From contig NZ_BAEG01000047.1 of the NCBI RefSeq assembly GCF_000238915.1, forward strand, positions 110,376 through 142,375: 32,000 nucleotides of DNA, in the 5' to 3' direction. The number at the start of each line of letters is the position of its first letter. Within the stretch, counting starts at the first letter, position 1. The notes under the pieces are model-generated. The model ran no database searches. It worked only from the letters and a program-made list of their open reading frames with translations, and was not told the DNA's origin. The position numbers and the translations under genes were made by a program. The stretch comes from Arthrobacter globiformis NBRC 12137 (GTDB lineage Bacteria; Actinomycetota; Actinomycetes; Actinomycetales; Micrococcaceae). This document shows positions 1 to 8,751 of the stretch, piece after piece.

Positions 1-1
1 C

Positions 2-3000
2 GTGGACCTGGTGCTGGCCAACCAGTCCACCATCGTCTTCGCCAACTCGCGGCGGCTGGCCGAACGCCTCACGGCCCGGCTCAACGAAATCCACGCGGAA
101 CGCCAGCTCCTGGCAGTTGGCGGAGGCTGGGATGACCCTGCTCCGCCGGCGCCCGGAGGCGTGCCCACGTCCACCGGCACACCTGCGCACATGATGGCGC
201 AGGCCGGAAGCACCGCAGGGGCTGAACCGTTGCTGGCACGGGCCCACCACGGCTCAGTATCCAAGGACCAGCGGGCCCTCATCGAGGACGACCTCAAGTC
301 CGGCCGGCTGCGCTGCGTGGTGGCCACGTCCTCGCTGGAACTCGGCATCGACATGGGTGCCGTGGACCTCGTGGTGCAGGTCGAGTCCCCGCCCTCCGTT
401 GCCAGCGGCCTGCAGCGGGTGGGCCGCGCCGGGCACCAGGTGGGCGAGATTTCCCAGGGCTACCTGTTCCCCAAGCACCGGGCCGACCTGGTGCACACCG
501 CCATCACCGTTGAGCGCATGCTGGAGGGCAAGATCGAACGGCTCAGCGTCCCGGCCAACCCACTGGACATCCTGGCCCAGCAGACCGTCGCGGCCACCGC
601 GCTCGGCAGCATCGACGTGGAGGAATGGTTCTCCACCGTCCGCCGCTCAGCCCCGTTCGCCACACTTCCCCGGTCCGCCTACGAGGCCACACTGGACCTG
701 TTGGCCGGGCGCTACCCCTCGGATGAATTCGCCGAACTCCGGCCCCGGATCGTCTGGGACCGCAACGCCGGGACCATCGAGGGCAGGCCCGGCTCCCAGC
801 GGCTGGCCGTCACGTCCGGCGGCACCATCCCGGACCGCGGGCTGTTCGGCGTCTACATCATCGGCACGGAGACCGAGGGATCGGCTTCCCCGGCCGCAGC
901 GGGTGACGGCAAGGGGTCCGGCACGGCCCCGGCCAAGGGAGGCCGGCGGGTCGGCGAGCTGGACGAGGAGATGGTCTACGAATCCCGCGTCGGAGACATC
1001 TTCGCGCTGGGCGCCACCAGCTGGAAGATCGAAGACATCACCCATGACCGCGTCCTGGTGTCCCCCGCCTTCGGCCAGCCCGGCAAGCTGCCGTTCTGGA
1101 AGGGCGATTCGCTGGGACGCCCCGTTGACCTGGGCCGCGCCCTCGGCGCGTTCGTCCGTGAACTGTCGGCGTCCGACGTCGGCCCTGCCACCGAGCGCTG
1201 CAAGGCCAGCGGCCTTGACGACTTCGCCGCAAACAATCTGCTGCAGTACCTGTCCGAACAGAAGCTGGCCACAGAGGTGGTCCCCAGCGACACGACGCTC
1301 GTAGTGGAACGCTTCCACGACGAACTCGGCGACTGGCGGGTCATCCTGCACAGCCCGTTCGGCATGCCGGTCCATGCGCCGTGGGCCCTCGCCGTGGGCC
1401 AGCGGCTGAACCAGCGCTACGGCCTGGACGGATCGGCCATGGCCGCCGACGACGGCATCGTGCTCCGCGTGCCGATGATGGAGGACGAACCTCCCGGAGC
1501 CGAGCTCTTCCTGTTCGACCCCGAGGAACTGGAACAGATTGTCACCGCCGAGGTGGGTGGCAGTGCCCTGTTCGCCTCCCGCTTCCGCGAGTGCGCGGCG
1601 CGTGCCCTGCTGCTGCCCCGGCAGACCCCCGGCAAGCGGCAGCCGCTGTGGCAGCAGCGGCAGCGGTCCGCCCAGCTGCTGGACGTCGCGCGGAAGTACC
1701 CGGCATTTCCGATCGTGCTGGAAACCGTCCGCGAGTGCCTCCAGGATGTGTACGATCTGCCGGCCCTGAAGGATATCGCCGCCTCGGTTGAGCGGCGCGA
1801 ACTCCGGATTGTCCAGACCACCACCCAGCAGCCGTCCCCGTTCGCCAAGTCCCTGCTTTTCGGCTATGTGGCGCAGTTCCTCTATGAGGGCGATTCCCCG
1901 CTCGCCGAACGCCGGGCGGCCGCGCTGGCCCTGGACTCCACGCTGCTCAACGAACTCCTGGGCCGCGTGGAACTGCGCGAGCTTCTGGACGCCAGGGTCA
2001 TCGACGCCACCGAACGCGAGCTTCAGCGCCTTGCCCCCGACCGGAAAGTCCGGGGCATGGAGGGTGTGGCCGATCTCCTCCGGCTGCTCGGGCCACTGGA
2101 CCCCGGGGAAGTCGCCGCCAGGCTTGCCCCGCCAGCGGATACCCCGCCGGTTGAGCCCGTCGAGACCCCGCCGTCCCAGGCAACGACGGCCGAAGCTGCC
2201 GCCCACCTCGCCGCCCTGCAGCGGGCGAACCGGGCCATCAAGGTGACACTCTCCGGCGTCGAACGCTTCGCCGCGGTGGAAGACGCCGCCAGGCTGCGCG
2301 ACGCCATCGGCGTCCCGCTGCCCATGGGCGTTCCCCTCGCCTTCATCGAGCCGGTGGCGGACCCGCTGGGCGACCTCGTCTCGCGCTATGCCCGCACCCA
2401 TGGCCCGTTCACCGCCACCGAAGCCGCAGCCAGGCTGGGACTGGGTGCGGCCGTCGTCGGAACTGCCCTGAAGCGGCTCGCGGCGGACGGCCGCGTGGTG
2501 GAAGGCGAATTCCGGCCCCACGCCGAGCCCGCTGACGCCGGCTCCGCTGCCGGCGAAAGCCCGGCAGCCGCGCTGTCTGACCCCGGTTCCGGACTTGACC
2601 CCGTCGCCGAAGCGGCGGCTGCGTCGGCCGCCGCCTCGGCCGCCGTGGCCCTGGCCGGCAGCGAATGGTGCGACGCCGAAGTCCTCCGCAAGCTCCGCCG
2701 TCGCTCGCTCGCCGCGCTGCGGGCAGAGGTGGAACCCGTGGACATTACCGCCTACGGCCGGTTCCTGCCGGCCTGGCAACATGTCCGCACGCCGGGCGCG
2801 GGACGGGGACAGCCGGCGCTGCGCGGACTCGACGGCATCATCACCGCCGTGGACCAGCTCTCCGGCGTGCCCATACCGGCGTCGGCCTGGGAACCGCTGG
2901 TGCTCGCCAGCCGGGTGTCCAATTACCAGCCCGCCATGCTGGATGAACTGATGGCCGCCGGGGAGGTTCTTTGGTCAGGTGCCGGTGCGCTTCCGGGCAA

Positions 3001-4102
3001 CGACGGCTGGATCAGCCTGCACCTGGCAGATTCGGTGGAACTGACGCTGAACCCGGCCCCTGACTTTGAACCGGGTGACGCCCAGCGTCGGCTGCTGGAC
3101 CACCTGCAGGCCAACGGCGGGGGTTACTTTTTCCGGCAGCTGACGGACATTGCCGGCGGCATGGACGCGGTGCTGGGCGACCAGGACGTCGTGTCCGCCA
3201 TCTGGGATCTGGCCTGGGCAGGCCGGGTCACCGGTGACACGTTCGCCCCGGTCCGGTCCCTGATCGCCGGCGGGCACACGGCCCACCGGCAGGTCGCTCG
3301 CGCGCCGCGCGCCAGGGCGCCGCGCCTCAGCCGGCTGGGACGCTCGCACGGCACGGGCCTGCTCGGCTCGCCGGGACTGTCCGGCGGACGTTACGGGTCC
3401 GTCAGCGGCGCTGTCCCCACCCCGCCCCTCGCGGCCGGGCGCTGGTCCGCGCTGCCCACGCCCGAGCTCGATCCCACCATCCATGCCCGCGCCACGGCGG
3501 AGCTTCTGCTCGACAGATACGGGGTGGTCACCCGCGGATCCGTCATGGCAGAGAACATCCTGGGCGGCTTCGGGCTCATGTACAAGGTCCTGGCCCGTCT
3601 GGAGGAAGCCGGACGGTGCCGGCGGGGGTACTTCATCGAGCATCTCGGTGCTGCGCAGTTCGCCGTGCCCGCTACCGTCGACCGGCTGCGCACGTACACC
3701 GAGGACGCCCAGCTGGCCAAGCCGGAACCCGTGGCGCTGGCCCTGGCGGCAACAGATCCGGCCAACCCCTACGGCGCAGCCCTGCCGTGGCCCGCCGGCA
3801 ATGTCGAAGCCGGCAGCGGGCACCGCCCGGGGCGGAAGGCCGGTGCGCTGGTGGTGCTGGTCGACGGCGCGCTGGTGCTGTACGTCGAACGCGGCGGCAA
3901 GACGCTGCTGGTTTTCACGGAAGACCACTCCGTCCTTGCCGCCGCCGCCGGAGCCCTCGTGGACGTGGTGAAGCGCGGGGCAGTGGACAAGCTCATCATG
4001 GAAAAGGTCAACGGCCACGGCATCCTCGACACCCCTGCGGCATCGGCGCTGACTGCAGCCGGCGCCTACTCCACACCGAAAGGGCTGAGGATCCGTGCCT
4101 GA
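2..4102 (+). CDS. lhr: Lhr-type ATP-dependent DEAH-box DNA helicase, 5'-truncated at window edge (the leading M is an internal GTG)
   Basis: 1366-aa open frame with superfamily-2 helicase C-terminal motifs VATSSLELGIDMG and QRVGRAGH, followed by the long Lhr-type C-terminal region. The stop overlaps the downstream nei-type gene, the lhr-nei arrangement known from mycobacteria. Confidence 0.9.
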   Translation: MDLVLANQSTIVFANSRRLAERLTARLNEIHAERQLLAVGGGWDDPAPPAPGGVPTSTGTPAHMMAQAGSTAGAEPLLARAHHGSVSKDQRALIEDDLKSGRLRCVVATSSLELGIDMGAVDLVVQVESPPSVASGLQRVGRAGHQVGEISQGYLFPKHRADLVHTAITVERMLEGKIERLSVPANPLDILAQQTVAATALGSIDVEEWFSTVRRSAPFATLPRSAYEATLDLLAGRYPSDEFAELRPRIVWDRNAGTIEGRPGSQRLAVTSGGTIPDRGLFGVYIIGTETEGSASPAAAGDGKGSGTAPAKGGRRVGELDEEMVYESRVGDIFALGATSWKIEDITHDRVLVSPAFGQPGKLPFWKGDSLGRPVDLGRALGAFVRELSASDVGPATERCKASGLDDFAANNLLQYLSEQKLATEVVPSDTTLVVERFHDELGDWRVILHSPFGMPVHAPWALAVGQRLNQRYGLDGSAMAADDGIVLRVPMMEDEPPGAELFLFDPEELEQIVTAEVGGSALFASRFRECAARALLLPRQTPGKRQPLWQQRQRSAQLLDVARKYPAFPIVLETVRECLQDVYDLPALKDIAASVERRELRIVQTTTQQPSPFAKSLLFGYVAQFLYEGDSPLAERRAAALALDSTLLNELLGRVELRELLDARVIDATERELQRLAPDRKVRGMEGVADLLRLLGPLDPGEVAARLAPPADTPPVEPVETPPSQATTAEAAAHLAALQRANRAIKVTLSGVERFAAVEDAARLRDAIGVPLPMGVPLAFIEPVADPLGDLVSRYARTHGPFTATEAAARLGLGAAVVGTALKRLAADGRVVEGEFRPHAEPADAGSAAGESPAAALSDPGSGLDPVAEAAAASAAASAAVALAGSEWCDAEVLRKLRRRSLAALRAEVEPVDITAYGRFLPAWQHVRTPGAGRGQPALRGLDGIITAVDQLSGVPIPASAWEPLVLASRVSNYQPAMLDELMAAGEVLWSGAGALPGNDGWISLHLADSVELTLNPAPDFEPGDAQRRLLDHLQANGGGYFFRQLTDIAGGMDAVLGDQDVVSAIWDLAWAGRVTGDTFAPVRSLIAGGHTAHRQVARAPRARAPRLSRLGRSHGTGLLGSPGLSGGRYGSVSGAVPTPPLAAGRWSALPTPELDPTIHARATAELLLDRYGVVTRGSVMAENILGGFGLMYKVLARLEEAGRCRRGYFIEHLGAAQFAVPATVDRLRTYTEDAQLAKPEPVALALAATDPANPYGAALPWPAGNVEAGSGHRPGRKAGALVVLVDGALVLYVERGGKTLLVFTEDHSVLAAAAGALVDVVKRGAVDKLIMEKVNGHGILDTPAASALTAAGAYSTPKGLRIRA

Positions 4103-5009
4103 AGGTGATTCGGTCTGGCGCGCCGCCAACCAGCTGCATACCGCCCTCGCCGGCCAGAAACTCCTCGCATCGGATTTCCGCGTGCCCCGCTTCGCCACAC
4201 TGAACCTGGCCGGCTGGACCATGGAGGAGGTGGTCCCCCGCGGCAAGCACCTGCTGATGCGGCTCGCCGGCCCGGCCCACGAGCGGCTGACCATCCACTC
4301 GCACCTGAAAATGGAGGGCAGCTGGCAGGTCTACCCGCCGGGAGGCAGGTGGCGGAAGCCGGGATTCACGGCCCGGTGCGTGCTCCGCACGGCCGTTGCC
4401 GACGCCGTCGGGTTTTCCCTTGGCCTGCTTGAGGTGATCAAGACCAGCGAAGAGGACAAGGCAGTGGGGTTCCTGGGGCCCGACTTACTGGGACCGGACT
4501 GGGACCCGGCCGAGGCCGAGCGCCGCGTGGCGGCGAAGCCCGACGTGCCGGTCGGTGTGGCCCTCCTGGACCAGAGCAACCTCGCGGGCATCGGGAACAT
4601 CTACCGCTGCGAGGTGTGCTTCCTGGCCGGGATCCATCCGGCGTCGCCCGTTGCCGCGGTGCGCGACTGGCCCGCCATGTTTGCCGACGCCAAGCAGCTC
4701 CTTGAGGCGAACCTCGGACCGGGCCGCCGGACCACGCTGCTCAACGCCCGTGGAACTCCGGTGGGCCGCTCGGCCGGGCGGCCCGGCTACTGGGTGTACC
4801 GGCGCGAGCACCAGCCGTGCCTGCGCTGCCGGACCCCCATCCGCCGCGCCGTGCTGGGCAAGACCGTGCCAGGCAAAAGTGCTCTGGGAAAAAGTGCTGT
4901 GGGAAACGCAGCGGCGGGCAGCCCCGGCAGTGGTGCGGCCGTCACGGAAGAACGCGACATCTACTTTTGTCCGACATGCCAGCCCCTGCTGGGCGGCCCC
5001 GAAGCCTGA
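4095..5009 (+). CDS. nei: Fpg/Nei-family DNA glycosylase / AP lyase (endonuclease VIII-like, Nei2-like)
   Basis: GTG start, then the PEGDSV N-terminus (catalytic Pro2/Glu3), H2TH motif LLDQSNLAGIGNIYRCEVCF, and C-terminal zinc finger CLRC...CPTC. There is an 8-nt overlap with the lhr stop. Confidence 0.88.
   Translation: MPEGDSVWRAANQLHTALAGQKLLASDFRVPRFATLNLAGWTMEEVVPRGKHLLMRLAGPAHERLTIHSHLKMEGSWQVYPPGGRWRKPGFTARCVLRTAVADAVGFSLGLLEVIKTSEEDKAVGFLGPDLLGPDWDPAEAERRVAAKPDVPVGVALLDQSNLAGIGNIYRCEVCFLAGIHPASPVAAVRDWPAMFADAKQLLEANLGPGRRTTLLNARGTPVGRSAGRPGYWVYRREHQPCLRCRTPIRRAVLGKTVPGKSALGKSAVGNAAAGSPGSGAAVTEERDIYFCPTCQPLLGGPEA
4872..4901 (+). repeat. In-frame 15-bp tandem repeat (GGCAAAAGTGCTCTG / GGAAAAAGTGCTGTG) inside the nei zinc-finger loop
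   Basis: Read directly. It encodes GKSAL/GKSAV and is locally A/T-rich compared with the surrounding sequence. Confidence 0.8.
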
Positions 5010-5041
5010 CGGCCACGGACCCGCCCGCAGAACGAACTGTG

Positions 5042-5701
5042 TCAGGACGCTGTCGCCGGTGCCGCTGACCGGTCCTCGCGGTCCCCGGACTTTGCATTGA
5101 CAGGACTGCCGGCGCCTCCACGGGCGGCCGGAACCAGGAAGTACGGCAGCAGGAGCTGGACCAGCGGACCGATCGCCAGGGCATAAACCACGGTTCCCAC
5201 GCCGACCGAGCCGCCCAGCAGCCAGCCCGCGGCGAGCACCACCACCTCGATCAGCGTGCGGGACAGGCGCACGGACCAGCCGGTGCGCCTGGCCAGGCCC
5301 GTCATGAGCCCGTCACGGGCACCGGGGCCGAAGCGGGCACCGATGTAGCACGCTGAGGCGATGCCGTTGAGCAGCACCGCACCGGCCAGCAGCGCGATCT
5401 GGCCCCCGAGGTGGGAAAACGCGGGGATCAGGGCGAGCCCGACGTCGGCAAAGACGCCCACCAGGATGGCATTGCAGAGCGTGCCGAAGCCCGGCCGCTG
5501 CCGCAGCGGAATCCACAGCAGGAGCACCAGAAAGCTGACAATAATGACCACCACGCCGATACTCAGGCCTGTCCTGCCGGCAACGCCCTGATGGAACACG
5601 TCCCAGGGGTCCAGACCGAGCCCGGCCCGGATGAACAGGGCCAGCGAAATACCGTACATGGCGAGGCCGGTGAAGAGCTGTATAAGTCTGCGAGTCATCA
5701 T
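5042..5701 (-). CDS. YczE/YitT-like polytopic membrane protein
   Basis: 219 aa, strongly hydrophobic, with N-terminus RRLIQLFTGLAMYGISLALFIRAGLGLDPWDVFHQG typical of YczE-type proteins. It is divergent from a MocR regulator, a known pairing. Confidence 0.7.
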   Translation of the reverse strand: MMTRRLIQLFTGLAMYGISLALFIRAGLGLDPWDVFHQGVAGRTGLSIGVVVIIVSFLVLLLWIPLRQRPGFGTLCNAILVGVFADVGLALIPAFSHLGGQIALLAGAVLLNGIASACYIGARFGPGARDGLMTGLARRTGWSVRLSRTLIEVVVLAAGWLLGGSVGVGTVVYALAIGPLVQLLLPYFLVPAARGGAGSPVNAKSGDREDRSAAPATAS

Positions 5702-5720
5702 TGAACCATCCTGAAGCAGA

Positions 5721-5759
5721 ACTGGCCTTGTTTTCCATGGCCAGTTTGAAATACTGGCC
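5721..5759. promoter_or_regulatory. Candidate MocR operator: ACTGGCC (5721-5727), GGCCAGT (5739-5745), ACTGGCC (5753-5759)
   Basis: Three copies of one heptamer lie in a 60-bp divergent intergenic region. The direct copies are 32 bp apart with an inverted copy between them. An AATACT -10-like hexamer at 5750-5755 sits 6 nt before the ATG at 5762. Confidence 0.5.
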
Positions 5760-5761
5760 TC

Positions 5762-7243
5762 ATGTCCGGATCACTTACCCCCACCGCCCTCGCGCGCCTC
5801 CTGGGCCAATGGCACCACGGCAACGCTCCCGCCTACCGCGAACTGGCCGACGTCGTCCGCCTTTTGGTTCTGGACGGGCGCATCCCGCTGGGGACCGCGC
5901 TGCCCAGCGAACGGACGCTGTCCGCAACCCTCGCGGTCAGCCGCACCACGGTGACGGCGGCCTATTCCAGCCTGCGCGAGCAGGGGTTTCTGAGCAGCGG
6001 CCAGGGCACGCGCGGCCGCACGTGCCTGCCGCGGACGGCGTATGCCGGAGAAAAGGGACGGGATTCCGGGGCTGGACTGTCGGGGGCGCCGGGCCTGGCG
6101 GTTCCCGACGGCGTCATCGACCTCGCGTACGCGTCGCTCCCGGCCAGCGGCGAAGCGGTCCACCAGGCGTTCGCCGCCGCGCTCACCGAGCTGCCCGCCC
6201 TGCTGCCCGGCTTTGGCTACGATGCCTTGGGCGTGCCGGGCCTTAGGGAAGCAATAGCCGGCCACTATTCCGACGCCGGTGTGCCGACGACAGCCGGGCA
6301 GATCCTCGTGACGTCCGGCGCGCAGCATGCCCTCAACATCGTGCTGCGGGCCTTGGTCGGCAAGCAGGACAAGGTCCTCGTGGAGCAGCCGACCTATCCG
6401 AACGCGCTCGACGCCATCCGTGCCACCGGCTGCCGCGTCGTACCGGTCCCGCTTCCCCCGGCGTCGGAGCGGGGCTGGGATCTCGACGCGACCGAATCCG
6501 CCCTGATGCAGCACCGTCCCCGCATGGCCTACACCGTTCCCGATTTCCATAACCCCACCGGCCGGCTGATGCCTGACGCGCAGCGCCGCCGACTGGTCCG
6601 CGCGGCCGCGGTGTCGGGCACGGTCGTGGTGGTGGATGAGACGCTCCGTGAGCTGAACCTCGACGGCGGCACAACGGCTCCGCTGGCTTCCTTCAGTCCG
6701 GCCGTGGTGTCCATCGGATCGCTGAGCAAGTCCCACTGGGCGGGCATGCGCACGGGCTGGATCCGCGCCTCGGAGAGCCTGATTCAGCGGTTCGCGGCCG
6801 TCCGCACCACGATGGACCTTGGCGGCCCGGTGGTGGAGCAGCTGGCGGCAGCCCATCTGGTGCGCAGCCTGGCCGATCCCCTGCCCGCACGCCTGTCCGC
6901 GCTCCGGGAGAACCGCGCCGCGCTGCTGGAGCTGCTCAAGGTTCACCTGCCGCGGTGGGAGGCGGAACGGCCCGACGGCGGCCTGGCCGTCTGGTGCCGG
7001 CTTCCGTACCCGGGGAGCACGGCACTGACCGTGATCGCCCCGGAGCTCGGCATCCGGCTAGCTGCCGGCCCGCGCTTCGGGGTGGGTGGGGTGTTTGAGA
7101 ACTTTCTTCGCATTCCGTTCACGCTGCCGCCGGACCAGCTGGAGACGGCTGTCCTCGCACTCCGGGCCGCCCAGGACCGGCTGGAGGCGGCACCGCAGCT
7201 GCGCCGGACACTCAGGGACTCCCCCGTTGCCGCCATCGCCTGA
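5762..7243 (+). CDS. MocR/GabR/PdxR-type regulator (GntR HTH fused to a fold-type I aminotransferase-like PLP domain)
   Basis: 493 aa with N-terminal GntR HTH (LPSERTLSATLAVSRTTVTAAYSSLREQGFL), a linker, and an aminotransferase-like domain carrying the PLP-lysine motif SLSKSHWAGMRTGW. Confidence 0.88.
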   Translation: MSGSLTPTALARLLGQWHHGNAPAYRELADVVRLLVLDGRIPLGTALPSERTLSATLAVSRTTVTAAYSSLREQGFLSSGQGTRGRTCLPRTAYAGEKGRDSGAGLSGAPGLAVPDGVIDLAYASLPASGEAVHQAFAAALTELPALLPGFGYDALGVPGLREAIAGHYSDAGVPTTAGQILVTSGAQHALNIVLRALVGKQDKVLVEQPTYPNALDAIRATGCRVVPVPLPPASERGWDLDATESALMQHRPRMAYTVPDFHNPTGRLMPDAQRRRLVRAAAVSGTVVVVDETLRELNLDGGTTAPLASFSPAVVSIGSLSKSHWAGMRTGWIRASESLIQRFAAVRTTMDLGGPVVEQLAAAHLVRSLADPLPARLSALRENRAALLELLKVHLPRWEAERPDGGLAVWCRLPYPGSTALTVIAPELGIRLAAGPRFGVGGVFENFLRIPFTLPPDQLETAVLALRAAQDRLEAAPQLRRTLRDSPVAAIA

Positions 7244-7280
7244 TGCCGGCGGTTCCACGACGCGCATCTGCCCCCACGAC

Positions 7281-7343
7281 GCGCACATTGCCTGGCGACC
7301 CTTGAATCCGAGTGTCCTGAGGCAATATGCGCGTCGCCAGGCA
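7281..7343. terminator. Interleaved inverted repeats between convergent genes (possible bidirectional terminator)
   Basis: GCGCACATTGCC (7281-7292) pairs with GGCAATATGCGC (7321-7332) at 11/12. TGCCTGGCGAC (7289-7299) pairs with GTCGCCAGGCA (7333-7343) at 11/11. There is no U-tract. Confidence 0.3.
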
Positions 7344-7364
7344 GATTGCGGGTCGCCGGGCAGC

Positions 7365-8057
7365 CTACGCGTAGACCTTGTGGAGGAACGCACCCCAGGC
7401 GCTGGCAGTCGCCGCGGAATCCCCGCTGCCGCTGAAGTCGTGGACGGTCATGCCCACGGGTGCGCCGAACGCGTTGCGGCCAAAGAACCGGTACATGGTG
7501 TCCGCGGTCCGCAGGCCCAGGAAGTTCTCGTTGGAGAAGTCCACCTGCCCGCTCAGCCGGCCGACGCCGTCGACCTCCACATCAAAGCTCTCGCCCTGCG
7601 ACGCATTGTCCACGCCGAGCGCCTTCTTGAGCCGCACGAAACCATCAGGCACCTGTGATTCCGCGGGTCCCTGGATGTCCGTGAAAACCACGGGCTGGCC
7701 GTCGAAGTGCTTCAGGTACTGGCCCAGGGTGTGCAGGTAGAACTCCGTATGCTTGCTGGCACCGTCGTACTGCTGGTCCCAGTTGTCCGCGAAGATGCCG
7801 CTATGGACATAGTGGAGCCTGGCCCGGCCGCCGTCGACTGGCTCCAGTACATGCTCGAGCTGGTTGAACCAGCCATCCGGACCATCCATGCGCGACACCA
7901 GATGCTGCGGATATTCCTCCACGGTCTTCACATCCGGCCACTGGTCCGTGGGGAACATCCAGCCCGGGGTGCCCCTGGTTACGGCCTCCCAGACCCGCTC
8001 CGGGGTGCCGGGCAGCTCGGTGTCAAAAACAATCTCGAATTTCCTGTCGTCAGTCAT
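7365..8057 (-). CDS. SRPBCC (AHSA1/START-like) domain protein
   Basis: I place the start at the ATG at 8057 (MTDDRKFEIVFDTELPGTPERVWEAVT...), 230 aa. The sequence upstream of it in the track ORF is Pro/Ser/Arg-rich junk that overlaps arsR. There is an 8-nt overlap with the upstream ArsR gene, a classic ArsR-SRPBCC pair. Confidence 0.7.
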   Translation of the reverse strand: MTDDRKFEIVFDTELPGTPERVWEAVTRGTPGWMFPTDQWPDVKTVEEYPQHLVSRMDGPDGWFNQLEHVLEPVDGGRARLHYVHSGIFADNWDQQYDGASKHTEFYLHTLGQYLKHFDGQPVVFTDIQGPAESQVPDGFVRLKKALGVDNASQGESFDVEVDGVGRLSGQVDFSNENFLGLRTADTMYRFFGRNAFGAPVGMTVHDFSGSGDSAATASAWGAFLHKVYA

Positions 8058-8679
8058 TGTCCTGCTCCTTGGCTGGGATGGTTTTGGTTGAGTCTTGTGC
8101 ATCCGGCTTGAGTGCGGGGTGAAGCGCGACGACGAGCCGGTGCTTCCTTCCTCCGGCACCGCCGTGGTGGTACTGGTCAACAAGCCGCGTGACCGCCACC
8201 CCGAGGTCTTCGGCGAAGGCTGCCCGGTCGGCGGCGGTGCGGAAGGTGATCTCGCCGTCGATCGCGAACGTGGCGAGTTTCTGCCGTGCGGCGGCGGCAC
8301 CGGCGATGAGCTTGCCCATTTCCTGGACCATGCGGCCGGCGAGCGCCAGCAGCCAGAAGGCGGAGAATCGGTCCGCAAAACGGCGCGGGTCCGGCGCCAC
8401 GGACTGCAGCGCCACCGGGGAAATGAGGTAGGACGCCGCCGTGGCCCGCAGCACGCGTTCGGTCACGTTGCCCTTGCGGCGCTCCTCCACCAGCTCGACG
8501 AGGCCGTGCCGCTCCAGCGCCTTGAGGTGGTAGTTCACCTTCTGCCGGGGCAGCCCCACTTTCGCTGCGAGCTGCGTGGCCGACCCGGGCTCCGCCAGCT
8601 CCTGGAGGATGCGGGTCCGGATCGGATCCAGCGAGGCCTCCGCCGCCGCCGGGTCCTCGATCACTTCGATGTCCAACAT
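8050..8679 (-). CDS. ArsR/SmtB-family winged-helix transcriptional regulator with a C-terminal extension
   Basis: 209 aa with HTH region IRTRILQELAEPGSATQLAAKVGLPRQKVNYHLKALERHGLV. Confidence 0.85.
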   Translation of the reverse strand: MLDIEVIEDPAAAEASLDPIRTRILQELAEPGSATQLAAKVGLPRQKVNYHLKALERHGLVELVEERRKGNVTERVLRATAASYLISPVALQSVAPDPRRFADRFSAFWLLALAGRMVQEMGKLIAGAAAARQKLATFAIDGEITFRTAADRAAFAEDLGVAVTRLVDQYHHGGAGGRKHRLVVALHPALKPDAQDSTKTIPAKEQDND

Positions 8680-8694
8680 GGTTCAAGTGTCACT

Positions 8695-8734
8695 ACCGAC
8701 AGTTTTATTTGTCAAGAACTTTTTTACCGTCGGT
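8695..8734. promoter_or_regulatory. Candidate arsR promoter/operator: imperfect inverted repeat ACCGACAGT / ACCGTCGGT flanking an AT-rich core with a perfect minus-strand TTGACA (8710-8715)
   Basis: Read directly. This is the only AT-rich patch in the intergenic region, and it ends 16 bp upstream of the arsR ATG at 8679. Confidence 0.45.
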
Positions 8735-8751
8735 TGCTTGCCGCGGTGGCG

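Noticed and set aside
647-2782. A 711-aa ORF antisense to lhr
   Set aside because: This is the same high-GC antisense artefact. It has no motifs, and the sense strand encodes helicase motifs.
8058-8378. The N-terminal 107-aa extension of the SRPBCC ORF given in the track
   Set aside because: The extension is Pro/Ser/Arg-rich and lies entirely inside the arsR coding sequence in another frame. The ATG at 8057 gives a normal-size SRPBCC protein with the usual 8-nt overlap.
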